Below are positions 7,035 through 10,688 of a stretch of 10,688 nt of DNA, in pieces. The notes under the pieces are model-generated. The model ran no database searches, was not told where the DNA came from, and saw only the letters and a program-made list of their open reading frames with translations. The stretch covers positions 1 through 10,688 of the forward strand of contig JASLKH010000058.1 of the NCBI GenBank assembly GCA_030747675.1. The letters run 5' to 3'. This DNA comes from Candidatus Thalassarchaeaceae archaeon. Its GTDB lineage: Archaea > Thermoplasmatota > Poseidoniia > Poseidoniales > Thalassarchaeaceae. The position numbers and the translations under genes are program-made. Position 1 is the stretch's first letter; every line of letters starts with the position of its first letter.

Positions 7035-8432
7035 ATGACTCCCGCGGAAGTCGCGGCTGCTTGTGGCCTGACTGGGTACGCTTGCGAAGGTGAAGGGATT
7101 GGAGGGTTATTGAAAACCCGTTTTGAAGATTTCAGAGTCGAAGAAGTAGGTTCACCTCCAGCATTGGATAAAAAAGGACGGTTTACTGTTGTCAAAGTCA
7201 CACTAACGAATTGGGAAACAAATCGTTTTTTTGGTAAATTAGCTAGAAATTTGGGTATTTCGAAAAATCGAATCTGGTTTAGTGGAACGAAAGATAAGCG
7301 GGCAGTCACAACTCAATTGGTGGTGATTGATGCCCCACAAAATAAAGTTGCTGAAATTGATATGCCTGATGCTGAAATTGAAATTCTTGGGCGCAGCCAT
7401 CAGAAATTGAAATTCGGAGACCATACTGGTAATCGATTCACAATCACAGTAAGAGGTTGTGCTGATGCAGATGGAAATCCCTTGGACGCAAAAACGGCAA
7501 TCGAAAGAGTCAATTCATTATTTGAGGGGATGCAAGAACGTTTGGGGAAAAATAGATTTCCAAATTGGATTGGACCTCAACGATTTGGTGCGACTCGCCC
7601 TGTTACGCCTGTTGTAGGGCGAGCAGTGGTTAATGACGAATGGGAAAATGCTGTGAATGAATACCTTGGCATGGCAGGATTGAATCAAACGGAAGAGGTT
7701 GAAAAATTCAGGGAAACATGGCGTAATTCAAAAGATGTTGAAAAATGTTTAGAAATAATTCCAAAACATCTCGGATTTGAAAGGGATCTCTTGAACCATC
7801 TTCAAAGGCGCCCTGGTGACTGGATTGGGGCTTTTAAGAAACTTCCAAAATCATTGCAAATTATGACTGTGCATAGTTTGCAATCACAAGTATTCAATCG
7901 AATTATCGGAGCACGGTTGTCCGCTGGATTAACGCTTTCATCACCAGTAGAAGGAGACGTTGTAGGAATTATACAGGATAGCGGTAAAATTGACATGGGT
8001 AAATTAGCCGAAGTTGAAGAAGAAATAATCGAACGAATGATTCGGAATTGCAAGCTCGGACGGTTGGCTGTCACGGGAGCTCTACCTGGTTCTGAGAGTA
8101 TATTTTCCAATGGGAAACCTGGACTAATTGAAAAAGAAGTACTCGAAAAAATGGACCTCGCTAGTCAGGACTGGATTGTCGATGGAATTCCTAGGCTAAC
8201 ATCAAAAGGAAGTCGCCGGCCTTTGACGGTACCATTTTTTGACTTCAGTGTAGAAGAAGCCGGTTTCATTGAAGCATCTAGACTTTCCAGTAGAATGGAA
8301 GAAGGACCCAGAGAGGGTGAATTGTGGAATCAAGAAGGCTGTAGCATCAGATTAAGGTTCACTCTTCCGAGTGGAACCTATGCGACTGTATTAATGCGGG
8401 AATTTATGCGCGCACCATTGTCGCAGTATTGA
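7035..8432 (+). CDS. truD: tRNA pseudouridine(13) synthase, TruD/Pus7 family
   Basis: Motifs KTRFEDFRVEE, catalytic GTKDKRAVTTQ, FPNWIGPQRFG, VHSLQSQVFN and C-terminal FTLPSGTYATVLMRE. GGTGA SD at 7026-7030 directly follows the rpoL stop. Confidence 0.96.
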   Translation: MTPAEVAAACGLTGYACEGEGIGGLLKTRFEDFRVEEVGSPPALDKKGRFTVVKVTLTNWETNRFFGKLARNLGISKNRIWFSGTKDKRAVTTQLVVIDAPQNKVAEIDMPDAEIEILGRSHQKLKFGDHTGNRFTITVRGCADADGNPLDAKTAIERVNSLFEGMQERLGKNRFPNWIGPQRFGATRPVTPVVGRAVVNDEWENAVNEYLGMAGLNQTEEVEKFRETWRNSKDVEKCLEIIPKHLGFERDLLNHLQRRPGDWIGAFKKLPKSLQIMTVHSLQSQVFNRIIGARLSAGLTLSSPVEGDVVGIIQDSGKIDMGKLAEVEEEIIERMIRNCKLGRLAVTGALPGSESIFSNGKPGLIEKEVLEKMDLASQDWIVDGIPRLTSKGSRRPLTVPFFDFSVEEAGFIEASRLSSRMEEGPREGELWNQEGCSIRLRFTLPSGTYATVLMREFMRAPLSQY

Positions 8433-8705
8433 CTAAAGGCGCCCGATTTCCAGCACTTCTACTTCGCCGACGCCTGATATTGCACGAATTGCATCTTCAA
8501 AGATATCGACTGTTCCATCCCCTTCCTGAATTACACAGTGTGCTTCAACAAACTTCAACCCGAAAGCAAGCGGCTTAGTTTCTACCATTTGGACTTCACC
8601 AACTTCACTCGCCAATGATTTCATTGAGTTAGCAATTTTATCTGCATCTGCATCATCCACATCAGGATTACACATGATTTTGTATTTGACTGCAACCTCT
8701 CCCAT
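8433..8705 (-). CDS. ef1b: Translation elongation factor 1-beta (aEF-1beta), 90 aa
   Basis: MGEVAVKYKIM...KPLAFGLKFV...EDAIRAISGVGEVEV is the archaeal EF-1beta pattern. The ORF-track GTG at 8714 is part of the GGTGA SD (8711-8715), which lies 5 nt before ATG 8705. Confidence 0.95.
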   Translation of the reverse strand: MGEVAVKYKIMCNPDVDDADADKIANSMKSLASEVGEVQMVETKPLAFGLKFVEAHCVIQEGDGTVDIFEDAIRAISGVGEVEVLEIGRL

Positions 8706-8718
8706 TAAAATCACCTAA

Positions 8719-8892
8719 TTAGGGGCCTTGGAATTGACATTCCTTGTTTTCGCAAAAATAAATCACTGCTTGATTACGGCAGAGCTCAGAACGACCAATT
8801 GGTTCACCACAAGATGGGCAGGGGAATGATGTGCTCTTTCCACCCGTAAGTGGGACGCCTGAGGCTGAGCATTTTTTCGCGCGCTTCTGCAT
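8719..8892 (-). CDS. Small zinc-finger protein, DUF1610 / HVO_2753-like, 57 aa (absent from the ORF track)
   Basis: My translation: MQKRAKKCSASGVPLTGGKSTSFPCPSCGEPIGRSELCRNQAVIYFCENKECQFQGP*. It has F.CP.CG, R...CR.Q...Y.C...C.F.GP and the family's C-terminal GP. It sits directly upstream of EF-1beta, the usual archaeal synteny, with a GAGGGT SD-like site upstream. Confidence 0.92.
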   Translation of the reverse strand: MQKRAKKCSASGVPLTGGKSTSFPCPSCGEPIGRSELCRNQAVIYFCENKECQFQGP

Positions 8893-8910
8893 GATTTACC
8901 CTCTAGCGGC

Positions 8911-8935
8911 CCGGCGACCAACTCCTCCTTAATAT
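8911..8935 (-). promoter_or_regulatory. Putative promoter of the zinc finger and EF-1beta operon: ATATTAAG box plus GGTCGCCGG element
   Basis: The minus strand reads ATATTAAGGAGGAGTTGGTCGCCGG, ending 18 nt before ATG 8892. Confidence 0.55.
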
Positions 8936-8964
8936 GGTTGACCGAAAGGCAATGATTTGTGAAT

Positions 8965-9375
8965 TCATGAATTTAAGACTGTTAGATACCCATCTCGACC
9001 TGTTGAAACTATCTTTTGACCTCGATATAATCTGCACCAGCCATTCTCTATTACTATGGTGTCGCCATTTTGAATTGAATCTGCTTGTCTGCCCCACAGG
9101 ACAAGTCCAACGCATCCAGTTTGATCCCGGCCAGAGGCTGCAGAGAGGATACCTTTCCAGCTACGGGACTTTACAGTCCGGGCGGGATATTTATGGAAAA
9201 CTACTAACTCAATTCGATCTACTCTTTGCCGAGACTTCAAACTAGTAACTGTTGTTACAATATGAGATTTTGATTGATTTGAGATATTTTTCCTGCACAA
9301 TCTACCATTGATGGGCCCTACGAGTGAATGACGGGAGTCTCCGCGTACTTGCGCTGCACTCATCCCAACTGCCAT
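8965..9375 (-). CDS. Single-OB-fold ssDNA-binding (SSB/RPA-like) protein
   Basis: VTSLK...IELVV.....RTV......LSAASGRDQTGCVGLVLWGRQADSIQNGDTIVIENGWCRLYRGQKIVSTGRDG aligns by eye with archaeal single-OB SSBs (D.TG.I.L.LWG......G....IENA......G....G). The start codon is uncertain. Confidence 0.8.
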   Translation of the reverse strand: MAVGMSAAQVRGDSRHSLVGPINGRLCRKNISNQSKSHIVTTVTSLKSRQRVDRIELVVFHKYPARTVKSRSWKGILSAASGRDQTGCVGLVLWGRQADSIQNGDTIVIENGWCRLYRGQKIVSTGRDGYLTVLNS

Positions 9376-9438
9376 CGTTCTGCCACCTTGAGCAATAGAA
9401 ACAAACGTCCAGTGTACACTAGGTTTCCCTAGGGAGTT

Positions 9439-9455
9439 AAGTGAAAGTGAAAGTG
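9439..9455 (-). repeat. Short tandem repeat (CACTTT)x2.8 immediately after the rlmE stop; possible pyrimidine-rich archaeal terminator
   Basis: Plus strand AAGTGA AAGTGA AAGTG abuts the TAG at 9456-9458. The terminator role is inference. Confidence 0.4.
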
Positions 9456-10259
9456 CTAATCTTTCTTACGAACTATTCTAAAACCAGTTTTAGCTGGCTT
9501 TTCATCGTCCTCAACATCACTTCCATCCTGAATGATTCCTGTAGATTCCAAGTGTATCTCTAATTCTCTGGTGACAGATATTCCACGCGATTTTTTCTTT
9601 GACTTTGGAAGTTGATTTTTACATACAAGATATACTTCTGAAGACGAGTTCCGGGAAGCATCAGGGGAGAAACGTTGCACCCGTGAAAAGCGATTTTTTG
9701 CTGCATTAACAATCCCTTCAATTCCTGTTCCTTGGAAAATTTTTGTCACGAATGAACCCCCTGGTGCGAGTAAAGGTAATGTGAAATCGAATACCATCGC
9801 AACTAATTCCAAGGATATGGCTTGATCGCGGTCATATTGCCCTGTAAGGCTGGGAGAAATATCACTGACTATTGAATTGAATAAACGGCGTCCCTTTCCT
9901 GATGGAATTGGGAGGTGTTCACCATTTACACATTCCCCTTCATTAAGCAATTCAGCGATTCGATCTTGTGTATCTGGATTTTTGATATCACCAGTCAGTA
10001 AATGGGCACCGTCAATAGGTGCAGAGGCAAGCAAATCTACGCCTATCACAAGGCCCTCTGATCCAGTGGTTTCAACCGCAATTTGAGTCCATCCACCAGG
10101 GTGACAGCCCACATCAAGTACTAAGTCTCCTTCTCTGATGACTTCAAACCGATTTTGAATCTGTTGAAGTTTGAATGCAGATCTGGCTCGATATCCCTTC
10201 GAACGGGCTTGTTTTCGCCAAGTATCTCGTTGATGGGCCTGAAACCAACGCTTGCTCAA
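9456..10259 (-). CDS. rlmE: 23S rRNA Um2552 2'-O-methyltransferase (RlmE/FtsJ/RrmJ)
   Basis: Motifs GYRARSAFKL, VLDVGCHPGGW (SAM binding), GVDL, SDISP, FVTKIFQG and SRNSSSEVY; the K-D-K-E tetrad is intact. I prefer the TTG start at 10259 because GGTGA (10265-10269) lies 5 nt upstream; the ORF-track GTG at 10268 is the alternative. Confidence 0.95.
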   Translation of the reverse strand: MSKRWFQAHQRDTWRKQARSKGYRARSAFKLQQIQNRFEVIREGDLVLDVGCHPGGWTQIAVETTGSEGLVIGVDLLASAPIDGAHLLTGDIKNPDTQDRIAELLNEGECVNGEHLPIPSGKGRRLFNSIVSDISPSLTGQYDRDQAISLELVAMVFDFTLPLLAPGGSFVTKIFQGTGIEGIVNAAKNRFSRVQRFSPDASRNSSSEVYLVCKNQLPKSKKKSRGISVTRELEIHLESTGIIQDGSDVEDDEKPAKTGFRIVRKKD

Positions 10260-10291
10260 CACACTCACCCAACCCTCGGCCGTGACATCGA

Positions 10292-10299
10292 TATGTAAA
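10292..10299. promoter_or_regulatory. TATA-like box between divergent rlmE and the thioredoxin-fold gene
   Basis: Minus strand TTTACATA is one mismatch from the archaeal TTTAWATA consensus; plus strand reads TATGTAAA. It lies about 25-35 nt from both start codons. Confidence 0.5.
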
Positions 10300-10325
10300 T
10301 GAGACCCGAAGAAAGCGATTATTTC

Positions 10326-10688
10326 ATGCGGACTGTGGTGTTGGTTGCGTTAGCCACTGTTTTACTAACTCCATTTGCGAGTAGTACAAATGGTACCCAA
10401 CCAAATTCAGAAAGGGAAGTCACAGGAGGGCATGCAATCCTAATGGAACACTATACTGCCACATGGTGTGATTCATGTGCAGAAATCGATCCATGGATCA
10501 CAGATTTCACCGATACACACCGTGGACGCGTTTACAGAATTGCGTTACATCCAAATGATCATGATCCATTTGGTACTCTCGCTACCCATCAAAGAGTTTT
10601 CATGAAAAATGCTGGTAACCAAACACCATTGCCGACAATTTGGTTTGATGGTGGAGATGAATTGCAAGGGGTCATGACCTACTCACAG
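10326..10688 (+). CDS. Secreted thioredoxin-fold protein with WCxxC (Omp28-like), 3'-truncated (absent from the ORF track)
   Basis: The frame is open to the window end: MRTVVLVALATVLLTPFASS (signal-peptide-like)...ILMEHYTATWCDSCAEID...RIALHPNDHDPF...PLPTIWFDG. It has the CxxC motif and the cis-Pro-loop-like LPT..FDG of the thioredoxin fold. An in-frame ATG at 10299 is the alternative start. Confidence 0.8.
   Translation, partial: MRTVVLVALATVLLTPFASSTNGTQPNSEREVTGGHAILMEHYTATWCDSCAEIDPWITDFTDTHRGRVYRIALHPNDHDPFGTLATHQRVFMKNAGNQTPLPTIWFDGGDELQGVMTYSQ

Noticed and set aside
8719-8960. Apparent ORF-free gap that might hold an ncRNA such as SRP RNA or a tRNA
   Set aside because: Most of it is the 57-aa zinc-finger CDS plus its promoter. 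I found no tRNA cloverleaf or T-loop and no SRP helix motifs.
8962-8973. 12-bp palindrome AATTCATGAATT over the SSB stop codon
   Set aside because: It is AT-rich and partly coding, and a few such palindromes are expected by chance in 10 kb.
6926-10086. ORFs at 6926-7309, 7239-7424, 7802-8110, 8903-9115, 8934-9245 and 9877-10086
   Set aside because: They are shadows of truD, the OB-fold gene and rlmE. The 8934-9245 ORF is antisense to the better-supported OB-fold ORF.
1-10688. CRISPR array, IS element, prophage or defence island
   Set aside because: I saw no regularly spaced repeats, transposase, integrase or defence domains, and the gene content is core housekeeping.

Overview
This is a gene-dense archaeal housekeeping window. 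The evidence is archaeal RpoL/Rpo11, EF-1beta, a DUF1610 zinc finger, DUF2240 and GGTGA Shine-Dalgarno sites. The gene mix suggests Thermoplasmatota, probably Marine Group II (Ca. Poseidoniales), but that assignment is inference. Gene order: 5'-truncated membrane protein (+), DEAD-box helicase (-), 71-aa hypothetical (-), HEAT-repeat protein (-), DUF2240 (+), MMPL/RND transporter (-), rpoL-truD (+), EF-1beta and a 57-aa zinc finger missing from the ORF track (-), single-OB-fold SSB-like protein (-), rlmE (-), and a 3'-truncated secreted thioredoxin-fold protein also missing from the ORF track (+). I saw no rRNA, tRNA, CRISPR array or mobile element, and no clearly complete novel multi-gene system. 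The three best leads are: (1) an HU/IHF DNA-binding-arm-like segment fused to a HEAT solenoid; (2) a GC-rich GTCGSCGG element at a fixed distance downstream of the TATA-like box in three promoters of information-processing transcription units; (3) a DUF1610 zinc finger that has lost one cysteine from each of its first and third motifs.
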